64,000 nt of DNA, taken from assembly GCA_000002445.1 (NCBI GenBank), contig CP000066.1, positions 800,001-864,000 of the forward strand, given 5' to 3'. The stretch is from Trypanosoma brucei (taxonomy: Eukaryota). Shown piece after piece: positions 30,050 through 40,817 of the stretch. Made by a program: the position numbers and the translations under genes. Every line of letters starts with the position of its first letter. Position 1 is the first letter of the stretch. The notes below the pieces were generated by a model, which was not told the DNA's origin, ran no database searches, and was given only the letters and a program-made list of their open reading frames with translations.

Positions 30050-32755
30050 TCATATATTCCCATCATTAGCGGTGTCAGATTTATCTTCACCCGCTCCCGA
30101 AACTCCACCTGCAAAGTTATCACCACTAAATAATACCGCATCATCATCTTCCATTGACCGCAGCTCCCCCTGCACCAAATCCTGTGGAACAGATGTGCTA
30201 AACCACGGCGCGGGAGACTCTGCAAAACCTTCATTCTCATTTTTTACCTGCGGGACCCGGTGCCCATGCAATTCCTTGAAGTCTTCCAATATTTCCCCTG
30301 CCACCTGCTGCTCCTGCTCCCTCCGCTGACGCTCATCCGCCAGACGCCTCTCCTCCAACATCCGCTTTTGCTCAAGGTGCTCATTATACACGCGGCACCA
30401 TTCAGCGTCCTGTCTCTCCGCCTCCAACGCTGCGCGGTGGCCATTGGCAACAACTTTGGGAATGCTTAAGTCGTTGTGATGAACACAGTAGGCGCACAGC
30501 TGCTTTAATAATTTCTTCGCCTCGGACAACCTGCGTGACTCGGACTCTATTTTTATGAACTCATGCGCTATGTTCAAACCTTCCGTCAAGAAGCTCCGCA
30601 ACTCCTTTGCTTCCTGCACGCTCTGCTCCTGTTTCTGGGAAATGGATGCAACGAATGAAGCGCAGTAGAGAAGAGCAAGGTTAAACCGGAGCAGTGGTTC
30701 GCTTGGTAGCTCATCCACAGCCTTTTTCTGTACTGCAATGGCATCGGCATAGCGACCCTCACAAAACAGACAGAATGCAAGTGAGGAAGACTGCAATGGA
30801 GCCCGCTGTGGGTCACGCTGAAGGTAGTCAATTGCCTGCTTAAAGCTGTCACTCAGTATCTTAGCATTCGCCATATGGGCCTCATAGTGCTTCCGGACAT
30901 AACTGCAGTTGGGTACGATTTCCCCTACACGATCCAAGAGCAAAAGGCAACTCTCATGCCTCCCTTCAAGGCCGAGACAACATGCCATTCCATGAGCGGC
31001 GAGTACATTACCCTTATCTTTCTGGAGCGCGAAGTGGAAACGGTCCTTCGCCAATTCCAGAAAGCGGTAACTGTCCCCGCTATGTTGCTGCGCATGCCGG
31101 AGGTAAATTTGGCCGAGAGCAAGAGCCACAACACAAGACCGCGTCTTGGCGAGCCGAAGGATATTCATGGCTGCGGCGTAACGCCTCTGTTCGAAAAATA
31201 AAAGGCAAATATAAACCAGAGCGCGAGGTTCATCAGGGATCGCCTGTCGCAATAGATTCATCCACATGATGGCCTTCCTCCAACATCTTTCAGCCTTCGC
31301 AAGCTCGTACAGGCGGAAGTACGGGTAGGAAAAACAGGGGTGGTGCTTAACAAGGTAAGAATAAAGCTCGCACGCCCTCACCTTATCGCTTGTTTCCAGA
31401 AGCCTGGCCATATTATACACAATAGGAACGTAGTTGACAGGTAATTCGGGTTTGGACAAAAAGTCCTCCCCCAGCTCTGATTCGAGAATATTCTGCAGGG
31501 TGCCGATATCGCCACACATGGACGCTTTGTTCGCCCTTAACTTCATTGGGACCGGCGTACCCAACTCCTCGTAGATGTGCAAAACATGCGTTAGAAGTTT
31601 CGCCGACTCCTCACTATTTAGACGGGAACACCATGCAGCTAAAGTCCACGACAGAACATCGCCGGGAGCTACACTTTCCGTAAGAAGCTTTGAACATTCA
31701 AGAGCTCTCTCATGTAAGCCCAAGTGCGAGGCGTGTGCTGCTAACATTTGCAATACCTCCTTCTGATTTGGATGCTCAGCGTTGATGCGTAGCAGCAGTT
31801 GTTCCGCCTCCACATCCCTCCCTAAAAGAAAAAGTAACCTCGCATAATGAACCCGCGCTGCCAAACAATTAGGAAGCACCTGCATGGAAGATTCAAGCAA
31901 TACTCGGGCTCTAGTAAAATCCCCAAGTGCTAGCAACAAACGCCCCTCCTGATAATCAGCAATGGCGGCATCCTCGACTCTTGCAGTTGGACGCGCCTCA
32001 GAAAGCAGATGAAGGATGGAAGGCGCCAGTGCCTTTACTCTCCCCTGCGAAACCGCACGGAAGTACAAAATGTCTGTTGTTTTGAGGAGTATCATCGCAT
32101 TATCAGGAAAAACCTTCTGCAACCGCCGTACAACGTCTATGACCTCCTTTATTCTACGCTGCGCCAAATAGACAACGAGAAGTGACAGGAGCGCCGCTAC
32201 GTCCTCTCCATTAACAGCCAAAGCACGTTCCAACCACTTTACCGCAGCGTCCATGCGCCCTAGGCGGTAAGCACAGAGCCCTAACCCAACCCGAACAATA
32301 CCAGGTGCTGAGCTACCGACCGTCTCTAACACCGCGCGGTAGTGCGAGAAGCTCCTCTTGTAGTCCTTCATATAAAAACAAACCGCCGCAAGCCCCATTC
32401 GTGCAAGAATGAAATGTTTATCTACACGAAGAGCTTCCTCAAATTTCATACTAGCGGTCTGAAGGCTTGTGCCACTTGTCATGGCAGCAACTCCTTCAAG
32501 ATACAACAACACTGGACGGGAAAGGGGCGAAGCTGAGGCATCCGCCATGTAACCCTCCAGTGAGCGCTCACCACACATTGCCGCAATAGAAGCGCGCATG
32601 CAGCTTACAACAAACACATCATGCAGCTCTGCGGTCCCTTTCTCCTCCCTGCGAGCAGCATCGAGCATTGCGACGGCATCGTCAACGCTTCCCTTTGTGA
32701 ATGCCTCGAAGGAGTCGTCCAACAACCGTTGAACGGGTTCCGATATATATTGCAT
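30050..32755 (-). CDS. CTR9: TPR-repeat protein, Ctr9-like (PAF1-complex component)
   Basis: About 900 aa of TPR-like helical repeats. The C-terminal tail is charged (…ERRLADERQRREQEQQ…), as in Ctr9. First ATG at 32753-32755 (the track start is TTG). The symbol rests on architecture plus recalled T. brucei chromosome-3 synteny, not a search. Confidence 0.6.
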   Translation of the reverse strand: MQYISEPVQRLLDDSFEAFTKGSVDDAVAMLDAARREEKGTAELHDVFVVSCMRASIAAMCGERSLEGYMADASASPLSRPVLLYLEGVAAMTSGTSLQTASMKFEEALRVDKHFILARMGLAAVCFYMKDYKRSFSHYRAVLETVGSSAPGIVRVGLGLCAYRLGRMDAAVKWLERALAVNGEDVAALLSLLVVYLAQRRIKEVIDVVRRLQKVFPDNAMILLKTTDILYFRAVSQGRVKALAPSILHLLSEARPTARVEDAAIADYQEGRLLLALGDFTRARVLLESSMQVLPNCLAARVHYARLLFLLGRDVEAEQLLLRINAEHPNQKEVLQMLAAHASHLGLHERALECSKLLTESVAPGDVLSWTLAAWCSRLNSEESAKLLTHVLHIYEELGTPVPMKLRANKASMCGDIGTLQNILESELGEDFLSKPELPVNYVPIVYNMARLLETSDKVRACELYSYLVKHHPCFSYPYFRLYELAKAERCWRKAIMWMNLLRQAIPDEPRALVYICLLFFEQRRYAAAMNILRLAKTRSCVVALALGQIYLRHAQQHSGDSYRFLELAKDRFHFALQKDKGNVLAAHGMACCLGLEGRHESCLLLLDRVGEIVPNCSYVRKHYEAHMANAKILSDSFKQAIDYLQRDPQRAPLQSSSLAFCLFCEGRYADAIAVQKKAVDELPSEPLLRFNLALLYCASFVASISQKQEQSVQEAKELRSFLTEGLNIAHEFIKIESESRRLSEAKKLLKQLCAYCVHHNDLSIPKVVANGHRAALEAERQDAEWCRVYNEHLEQKRMLEERRLADERQRREQEQQVAGEILEDFKELHGHRVPQVKNENEGFAESPAPWFSTSVPQDLVQGELRSMEDDDAVLFSGDNFAGGVSGAGEDKSDTANDGNI

Positions 32756-33220
32756 GGATAGCGAAGTCAAAGAAGTTCTTAGATCTTTTGTACACCTTAT
32801 TTACTTGATTATCCTGCAGCTTCTCTTCCCTTCTTTTTTTTCTACGGTGGCACGAACCTTATCCCCCTTTACTTTCAACAACCTTATGGATACAGTTGTG
32901 ACGTGCCTGGAAAAAAAAAATTTAAAAAAAAAAGAGTTTAGGTTTGGAAAGAGAAGGATTCAAACATCACAATGGTTTGATAATACCAGGTGAATAACTC
33001 TCTACGATATGGTGCATCTAAGACTAACAACTTGATGGCAACGGCTCGCCTGCACAACAACAATGTCCACAGTAATGATACACACGCTGATTAGTCACGA
33101 TATTCTTATTTACCACAATTACACCCCTTCCGATTCGCTCGGCTCCCAACACACTCATCCAAATCCTTCCGCCACCTCACGACTCGCCCCGACGAAGAAA
33201 AGCTTAAAAGAATGATCCCA

Positions 33221-35050
33221 TCAACTCTCTTCCGCGCAACACTCATCGGCCGCAGTACCATCCGCGGTGCATTCCACAAAGGGCAACCCGAGGGTTAACT
33301 TGAGGATCGACAGTTGCCACTCCGCCACCTTCGCCCCAAATTGCCCAGAAACTTTACGCTCCATGGCAACATATATGGTTTCAACAAGAGATGTCTTGCA
33401 CGAGAGCAAGAAGTTAGAATATGGGGGTGGAGGTGACGGAAGCTCTGATGCGGGCACAGTGCCATTCGCGCCAAGTCGCAACACAAACGCGGCATCTGCC
33501 TCTATAATAAACTCAGAGGGAAGAAGGGGCACCAAGGAGGCCGCTCCTTCGGTAGAAAAGCGCAACTTATCATTGCTGTACTTGGCGTAAGACTCAAACA
33601 TCTTACAACCGACGTGAACGATACGGGCGCCAAGCTTCGGGAAAAACTTACACGTGGCCTTGCTTGCGAAATAGAACTTCTGCTCCCGAGCAACCTCGTT
33701 CCTTACGTAGAGCTGACATGCAGGAAAGGACCCCGGAAGACCCAAGGAGCCACGTACTTGCTCCTGAAGCGCTGGCGAACAGAGGCTAAAGGGCTGTTTG
33801 GTTGCGGCTGTGCACACATCCGCATCTTCCAACGGGTAATCCTCCACACATTCCATTGCGGCAAAAAAGAATCCCCCTGTATCCTGTTGGTGAGGAACAA
33901 CACGCCGAGCGAAGTGTATGTTCTGTTCCCGCAGGACTTGAGCGTTTGAAAACATAGACTTACGGTAACGGAAACCATGCGCCTGCTTTGATTGGTTGTA
34001 GGCCTCAGCATCTTCAAACGTTCGAAGCTTCTGTGTGAGATCTTTGGTGAGTAGAAACCAATCCGTCTGCCCTGGAACCGTTACAAAGTCCTTTAGAAAG
34101 GGAGCCGGGTCAATAAGGCGGAAAGTGCCTTTTGCCTGTGAGAGACATTCAGACACAACGGCCTCGTCCTCCACAGGATTCAAACTGCAGGTGGAGTACA
34201 CCACGATGCCGCCCTTTTTGCAGAGCATCATACCACGTGTTAGAACCCGTACCTGTGTGACGTGTAAATCGGCGCCGTGCACAGTATTCCAGCGGGGCCA
34301 CATATCCATCGATTTCCGTAATGTGCCATCGCCCGAGCACATTACGTCACATAGCACACGGTCAAACTTATCCTCCTTTGGAAGGAGAGGGAACTGTGTT
34401 CCATCATAGTTAGTGACAATTAAATGCGGATGGGCACCAGGTGACCGAGCAGTCTGATGAAGCAGCACATCAAGACGTGCCACATTCAGGTCATTTGCCA
34501 CCACAACGCCATCCTGATTCGAAGATATAACTGCCTCCAGTATCTGTGAAGTTTTGCTCCCAGGCGCAGCACACATGTCAAGGACCCGATTCCCTGGAGC
34601 CACCTGCAGCAGCACGACAGGGATCATACTTACGGTTTCCTGACGGGTGAGGAAGCCTCCTTCATTAAGCGCAGAGATGAGCCGCTTGACTTCCTTCAGC
34701 TCCGTGGTGCGCTTGAGGTCCCCACGAGAAATGGAGCTTTGAAACGCCATATTGTCGGGAATAAATGGAATGGGTTGTACGGGCAATGCAGCGTGAAGAA
34801 GACGTGACCGCACATACTCCGAGACAGCAGTTGCGCAAGGAACAGATGGGTGTACACGAATAGCCGTGGGCAAAGCCCGGCGAAGAGCCTCCATGAAGGA
34901 CTCCCACTCCTCAGCGGGAATGACATTGTCCTTATAGTACGCCTCAAACGCAGCGTTGGATAACGTTGTCACATCGCGTTTATCTGTCGCCCACTCGCTG
35001 TTGGAGCGGCTGCGCTTGATTCCGCCCCTTCTGTTGTGATTTCGGCTCAT
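33221..35050 (-). CDS. NOL1/NOP2/Sun-family RNA (cytosine-5)-methyltransferase (NSUN2/Trm4-like)
   Basis: Motifs DMCAAPGSKT (SAM-binding), DRVLCDVMCSGDG (catalytic Cys, motif IV) and TCSLNPVEDEAVV (motif VI Cys). The start is taken at ATG 35048-35050 (MSRNHNRRGG…). The 46 codons upstream in the ORF track are hydrophobic and probably 5'UTR. Confidence 0.85.
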   Translation of the reverse strand: MSRNHNRRGGIKRSRSNSEWATDKRDVTTLSNAAFEAYYKDNVIPAEEWESFMEALRRALPTAIRVHPSVPCATAVSEYVRSRLLHAALPVQPIPFIPDNMAFQSSISRGDLKRTTELKEVKRLISALNEGGFLTRQETVSMIPVVLLQVAPGNRVLDMCAAPGSKTSQILEAVISSNQDGVVVANDLNVARLDVLLHQTARSPGAHPHLIVTNYDGTQFPLLPKEDKFDRVLCDVMCSGDGTLRKSMDMWPRWNTVHGADLHVTQVRVLTRGMMLCKKGGIVVYSTCSLNPVEDEAVVSECLSQAKGTFRLIDPAPFLKDFVTVPGQTDWFLLTKDLTQKLRTFEDAEAYNQSKQAHGFRYRKSMFSNAQVLREQNIHFARRVVPHQQDTGGFFFAAMECVEDYPLEDADVCTAATKQPFSLCSPALQEQVRGSLGLPGSFPACQLYVRNEVAREQKFYFASKATCKFFPKLGARIVHVGCKMFESYAKYSNDKLRFSTEGAASLVPLLPSEFIIEADAAFVLRLGANGTVPASELPSPPPPYSNFLLSCKTSLVETIYVAMERKVSGQFGAKVAEWQLSILKLTLGLPFVECTADGTAADECCAEES

Positions 35051-36365
35051 GCGGTGCCACTTTTCCCTCTCGAGAGCCCCGGTCCTGCCAAACCGATCAA
35101 CGCCCCAAACCTGTGGTAGCAAATGGAAAGCATAAACGGCAGCGGCGGCAGGAAACACGAGGAGGTGAAACAAACAAACAAACCACATGTGGCCGGAAAA
35201 GGAGAAAAGGCGGTGTTGGTGATGAGACAGAATACGAAGTCATCATTGCAAGGACAGCACAATAAGACCAATTCCAAGGAGAATAGATGTGATTATTATG
35301 GTGTGCTTCAGAGCAACAAGTAGAGGGACAATGTCGCTAGCAGGAGCGATAAAAGAAAAAAAAGAGAAAACGTTTAAAGGAGGGAAAGTTGCATAGCGTC
35401 CCTGTTATAAGCGGGTACCACTTTCCCTCCAAGTTTCCTGCATTCACGAAACACTAACAACAAAGCAAGCACTGCCTGCCACCATCATATGGTAGTTACC
35501 ATACTTTGAGAAGCACCAATGCAACGTCCTATTATCTTCACCTCGTCTAGAGAGAGGAATCGATGTGTCATATTCAAAAGGAAACACCGCAATTATTCTT
35601 CTTCACTACCCTGAATCTGTTCCATAATACTGTCTGCACGAATGCACGGTCGTACAGGCAACACTTCTCCTGTACAGACAATGTTGTTTCATCATCACTC
35701 CATGTCATACATGACATCCAACTCGCTGTTGTTGTCTGACTGCGGTGGCTTCTCCTCCTTGTGAAATACAGGCGGAGGAGAGCGCGGTCCATTGACACTG
35801 CCATTTAGGCTATTGCTGTTGTTGCCCCGAACCTCAGCTAAGTTGTGTCCGTCCTTTCTGAGCATGTATGATACTGTTGGAGTGGTCGAAAACTCCTTCA
35901 AGGAAACGCTTTTTTTCATTGTTTTCCGCTAGAACCAGTACTACCCACACGCCCCTGCCCAACCTAATCTCTCCTTTTTCCTATTTTATATTCGTTGCTC
36001 CTATTGGGCCTTTGCTATCTGTCTTTAATATCGCAGTTTGTTGCGCAACACAAGGGAAACAAACAGAGGTGGCAGAGTGGAAACGAAACGAAACGAGACT
36101 ACGAAAGCAACCGACCAACCATCAAGCAGAAGGATTTATTTACACTCCATTTTACCACCCGTTGGCGTCCCAACATATGATCTGAAACGACGTCAAGCAG
36201 TGAAACTCCGGGTCGCTACAGCGAACAAAGGGTGTAAGGTACTGCGCCGCAGTTTTGAACCATCAGAAAGTACATTTTCGCAAGCACACACACACAAAAA
36301 AAAAAATCACACTATGATGAAGGGTCATATGCACCCATGAGCACGTGGCACACTATCGATGTCCT

Positions 36366-37409
36366 TCACCTCCCAAGCGGGCTCTCGCCTCGTCGCTGCT
36401 CAGCCTCCATCATCACATCACCTTCCATCTTCACACAAACTGGCCGCACCTCCGCCTGCTTCTCCATTACATTGTATGAACCCGACTGCATGTCCCACAC
36501 AACAACGCAATCGACAGAAAGCACCCCGCCATTTCCTGAATAACGAGCCATGGCCTCCGCGAGGGCCTCGTCAACACGAACATTTTGAAGAGAAGTATAC
36601 TTTCCACAAAAGGGGCAGTTTGCCGCCGGAGAGGAGTCGCTGTCACTGCTGCTGCCGAGGCCGGCGCCAACACCGCCAGTGCCCCACCTTTGGATCAGTG
36701 CTCCATCAACACTCTCCCCGCGCCGTACCGCCACAAGCTGTACGGTGCGCACGAATGCACTGAGGTCAAACACTTCATGATGCTGACAAAGCACACCGCG
36801 GGCGGGAGTCGCAATCACGGAAAGGGAAATGGGATCGCGCAAAGGCAGTTGGCAACGCACAGCAACAGGTCCACTCCCTCCACCTATATCAGACTCACCG
36901 CACACTCGCTTTGGGGGCCCCTGATCATTACGTCGCCTCGCAGGTAGTTTTTCGAACAGAGAAAGCTCGGTTATGCAACGTGTGATGTGCTCCGTGTCCC
37001 AGCGGGATGCGGGTACACCTTTGGTTAGATCATCAAGGCGTTGACGATACCTAAGCCTCCTCGTGTTACGCAAGCCTTCAACCTCGCCTAGCGCGTACGC
37101 AAACAACGGAACTTGCGCAGAGGGAGCGGAGCAATTGATGCTTGAACTTAAGGACTCAGCATGCTTTGCCACATCTGAGGCCGCGATGGTGTCCAGGGTG
37201 GCCAAGCGCCTGCAGAAAGCACCACAGAGCATGGACACCTTGCAAAGGTCGTGTAAAGACGGTGGGGAACGCGAACACTCGCTTTTTAAAAGACTGACGA
37301 GTTGTGATCGCTCTGCCTCCACCGAAGCAGCAGAGCTCATGGAGCGTATCTCCTGCAGTAGTTTCCTGTGCGGCATCAGCCGGACGGTCTTTGCATAAAT
37401 GAAACGCAT
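36366..37409 (-). CDS. SP-RING (MIZ-type) zinc-finger protein, putative SUMO E3 ligase (Nse2/Mms21- or PIAS-like)
   Basis: …RDPISLSVIATPARGVLCQHHEVFDLSAFV…(N)…CPFCGK matches the SP-RING pattern (CPI..…P.r...C.H.qcFDl..f…CP.C). Candidate ATGs lie at 37407-37409 and 37374-37376. The ORF-track start is GTG. Confidence 0.55.
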   Translation of the reverse strand: MRFIYAKTVRLMPHRKLLQEIRSMSSAASVEAERSQLVSLLKSECSRSPPSLHDLCKVSMLCGAFCRRLATLDTIAASDVAKHAESLSSSINCSAPSAQVPLFAYALGEVEGLRNTRRLRYRQRLDDLTKGVPASRWDTEHITRCITELSLFEKLPARRRNDQGPPKRVCGESDIGGGSGPVAVRCQLPLRDPISLSVIATPARGVLCQHHEVFDLSAFVRTVQLVAVRRGESVDGALIQRWGTGGVGAGLGSSSDSDSSPAANCPFCGKYTSLQNVRVDEALAEAMARYSGNGGVLSVDCVVVWDMQSGSYNVMEKQAEVRPVCVKMEGDVMMEAEQRRGESPLGR

Positions 37410-37685
37410 ACAACGGCAAAATCGCCAATTGGCAAGGCAAACGTGATGGCAAGCAAGGAGTAAATCAGAAGAAACATAAAACAAACGGCAGGAGAGAGTG
37501 AGAGACACAGGGAAAATGGGTAAGTAGGTTCAGTGGGCATACGGTCCCATTTTAACCGGCATGGTTCGCAAACCAGCAGTGGAGCGGGGTAACCAAACTC
37601 GAGGTGAGGCCCCGTATCAGCTCTCATGCGCATGTTCGGCAGAAATATGCATGTTCTACACAAAAAAAGCAGCCAAGCTGCCATG

Positions 37686-38654
37686 TCACGCAGAACCTGC
37701 GAGAAGATCCTTCAAACGCCCATCGAAGCGCGTCGTTGGGAAACAGAGTTTAAACATACCCAAAAGTGCCTTGGCCGCAGCCGCCTCTTCGTTCTGAGAC
37801 TTGGGCCTTGGACGCTTAAACGAAAAACTACTCTGACTTGGCGTGACGCCTGCGGAGGTTGATGAATCCAACAACTGAGCGGATCTTACGTATCCGGTAT
37901 TTTCCAAAACAACCCCCGAGGAGATATCGGTGGCTTGCTCACACGTTGAATTCGGGACCTCCGCCTTCAGTTGGGTCGGAAAGGAAGGCCCTTCGACGGC
38001 AGAAGCGGCACTGCCGGCCACCGCCCCGCTCAAGGAGGATCCCCAAACTGAGGGATCAAGGATGACGGGAGGTGGAGAAACGTTGGAGCTCTCACTTGGG
38101 GACGGCCATGCGCTTCCTTGGCACGATGGTTCCAGACTGTTGCATTCATCAACGTTCAGTCCTTCACCACCTTCATCCCCCTGAGTGCCGCCGACGCTGT
38201 ACTTTTCACCCTCTTTGTGGTCTTCTTCAGCACTTGCCCCACTGCAGTCATCTATCATCATTTCAGATTCATCATAACACTCCTCATCCCCCTCCCCTTC
38301 TTCTTCGTCCCCCTCATCATCCACGGCTTCCTCCTCCTCTTCTTCGTCCCCCTCATCATCCACGGCTTCCTCCTCTTCTTCTTCGTCCCCCTCATCATCC
38401 ACGGCTTCCTCCTCCTCTTCTTCGTCCCCCTCATCATCCACGGCTTCCTCCTCCTCTTCTTCGTCCCCCTCATCATCATCATCCTCTTCGCCCATTACCG
38501 TTCCACCTTTTCCGTCGGACTCCTCATATGTCCCTTCCTCATTGCTCACACCCTCCATCTCCTCATGAAAGGAAGAGTTGGACGATGGCAGCTCAACGGA
38601 ACTCTCTTGTTCATCGTCATCGACGACGAAATGATTGTCATCGTGAAAGCTCAT
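37686..38654 (-). CDS. Acidic tandem-repeat protein (hypothetical)
   Basis: About 320 aa with five copies of AVDDEGDEEEEEE in the middle. The rest is D/E-rich. ATG at 38652-38654. Confidence 0.5.
   Translation of the reverse strand: MSFHDDNHFVVDDDEQESSVELPSSNSSFHEEMEGVSNEEGTYEESDGKGGTVMGEEDDDDEGDEEEEEEAVDDEGDEEEEEEAVDDEGDEEEEEEAVDDEGDEEEEEEAVDDEGDEEEGEGDEECYDESEMMIDDCSGASAEEDHKEGEKYSVGGTQGDEGGEGLNVDECNSLEPSCQGSAWPSPSESSNVSPPPVILDPSVWGSSLSGAVAGSAASAVEGPSFPTQLKAEVPNSTCEQATDISSGVVLENTGYVRSAQLLDSSTSAGVTPSQSSFSFKRPRPKSQNEEAAAAKALLGMFKLCFPTTRFDGRLKDLLAGSA
38300..38500 (-). repeat. 39/42-nt coding tandem repeat x approx. 5 (acidic 13-aa unit)
   Basis: The unit ttcgtccccctcatcatccacggcttcctcctcctcttc recurs head-to-tail on the plus strand. 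Confidence 0.8.
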
Positions 38655-40817
38655 GCCGCCCCAACTGTGCACGAACCCTCACCGTACCCAGCAGCCGTGG
38701 GGAGGAGAACGAACTGTGACCCCGAAAGGCAGTAACGCATAGCGGTGATGTTAATAGTAGCGAATAAGCAAATCCAAAGAAAGTGAGGAAACGAAGCGGT
38801 ACGGTGAAACGCAGAGGCGGAACTGGAAGAAATATGATAAAAAGCAAACCCAATTACACATCGGATGTTTGTCAACTACTTCGTAGTTCGCAAATTAAAC
38901 AAAAATTAGGAGATAAACAAAAAAATGAAAAAGTACCTTGACCCCAGCCCGACACAGAAAAAAAAACCTGAGTAGTTTATCCATAATTATAATAGCAGTG
39001 ACTTAGGGACAAAAATATGAAAATCAGCAAAAAAATGACCATGAAGGAACAAAAAAGAGGGGAGTCTGCTAGCAACAGTAATAGCAATCAAACTCCAAAA
39101 GAAAAAAAGGGACAAATATACAGCGCGTTACCGGTTGTTGCTCAACATTTGGTCAGCCAATAGTTTCTTAATTACCTTGTTTCTATTAACCTCTCTTTTA
39201 TTTGACTCCCCAACCACCATTAATGACCTTCCAACGTACAGGTTGCGCTTTAGAGTGTTCCCCTCTTTTCTCCCCCTTTTCCTTTTCCTTTGATTTTGTT
39301 TTGAATCCATTCTCTTCCGGTTAGTCTTGCTTTGTTGCTGTTGTTATTGTTTTTTGATGGGGAGGGGCCGTTAGTGGCTTCTTCAGTCACCATTTCATAC
39401 ATATTACTCCTTCGATCCTCTCTTCTTCCTTCTCTTTATTTGATTTCCCCATCCCTTCCAATGCGCATCCCTTAATTTAAGGTTTGGAATACACTTATCA
39501 TCGCAGTGAGAGGATGTCCCCATTTCCCATACACACGTTCATACAAATACATGCATATACATACACATATATCACCCCCCTTTAGCACACCCGGAAGTTC
39601 GTACGCTTTTAAAGGTGGGCTGAAGTGAATTGGGAAAGTTGGGTTGCGTGACTGAACAAACAAACAAAACTACGCGCACACACACACACACACATGCAAA
39701 ATCATACGCATACATGTATAAATAAACATATACATATATGTTGACAGCATCAATACTACTGTGAGGCACGAGAGACGACGAGCGTCTCTCCTTTTTTTCT
39801 TCACCCTCTCCTCCATCTATTTTGAGTCTTACTCGTACAACCCAAAGGCATGTATTGATGTTGTGTGCAGTGCGGTGGTGGCAACGGTAACAATAAAGCA
39901 AGTGACAGAGGAAGGAAGGAAGGAATGAAGGAAAGAGGAGGGAATAAACCACTAGTGGAGAAATGATATAGAGAAATATAGGGGAAAGGGGAAAAAATGA
40001 ACGAAGAAATGAATGGAAAATAAACCAAAGGAAGGGGGAATGGAAGGAAACAACTTCCTTCCCTTTGTTGCTCCTTCTGTCCCAGAAGCACTCACCCCAC
40101 TCCTCCGCTGATCACGCACAATTATTACAAGCACCACTCATTTCACATTAACAGTTGGTGTACATTTTTCCACTGTCCCTTCTTGGTGATAGCCTGCTAA
40201 ATTTTGTTACATGCTGTTCCCCCCCCCCTTTCACAGCTGTTTGCTTTTCTTATTCCTATCCGAGCTTTATCACACAAGCAGATTACTTGGCATTGCTTTC
40301 GTCCTCATCATTCGGTCCATGTGTTCACCATTGATTTCTCTAATTCATTGATCTCCACTACATTTTCTTCACATATTCTCACCCCTCATGCATGTTTGTC
40401 TGGCTTGTCGGTATTCGCCTCCCCATTCACACAAGTGTCTCGCCCCTTTTGTGGAGAAGATCAAAGAGACAAAACTAAAAAAGGAAAAATCAAAAAGAAG
40501 AATAAGAGGGGTCCAACGCGCTGGGGTCACGTGGCCTTAATGCGCCTTTCTGTTTTCATCCTCATTTATTCTCATCATATTCCTTTCCCTCATTTGTCCA
40601 CTTACCCTCATTAAACCCCATAAAATTCGTTTTGGTGTGAATATTCTCCTGTTTTTAACACTTCTTTTTTTCCGTCTGATCGATGATGCTGCTGTTGTTT
40701 TAGTTTCTTAACTCTGTTTCGTGGCCCTCCCGGCTCACGCCTGGCTGACGTGGCGATATATCAGAGAGTGCCCTCCTCATTCTCCCTTTCCCAGAACTCC
40801 GTTACCAGAGGGTCATT

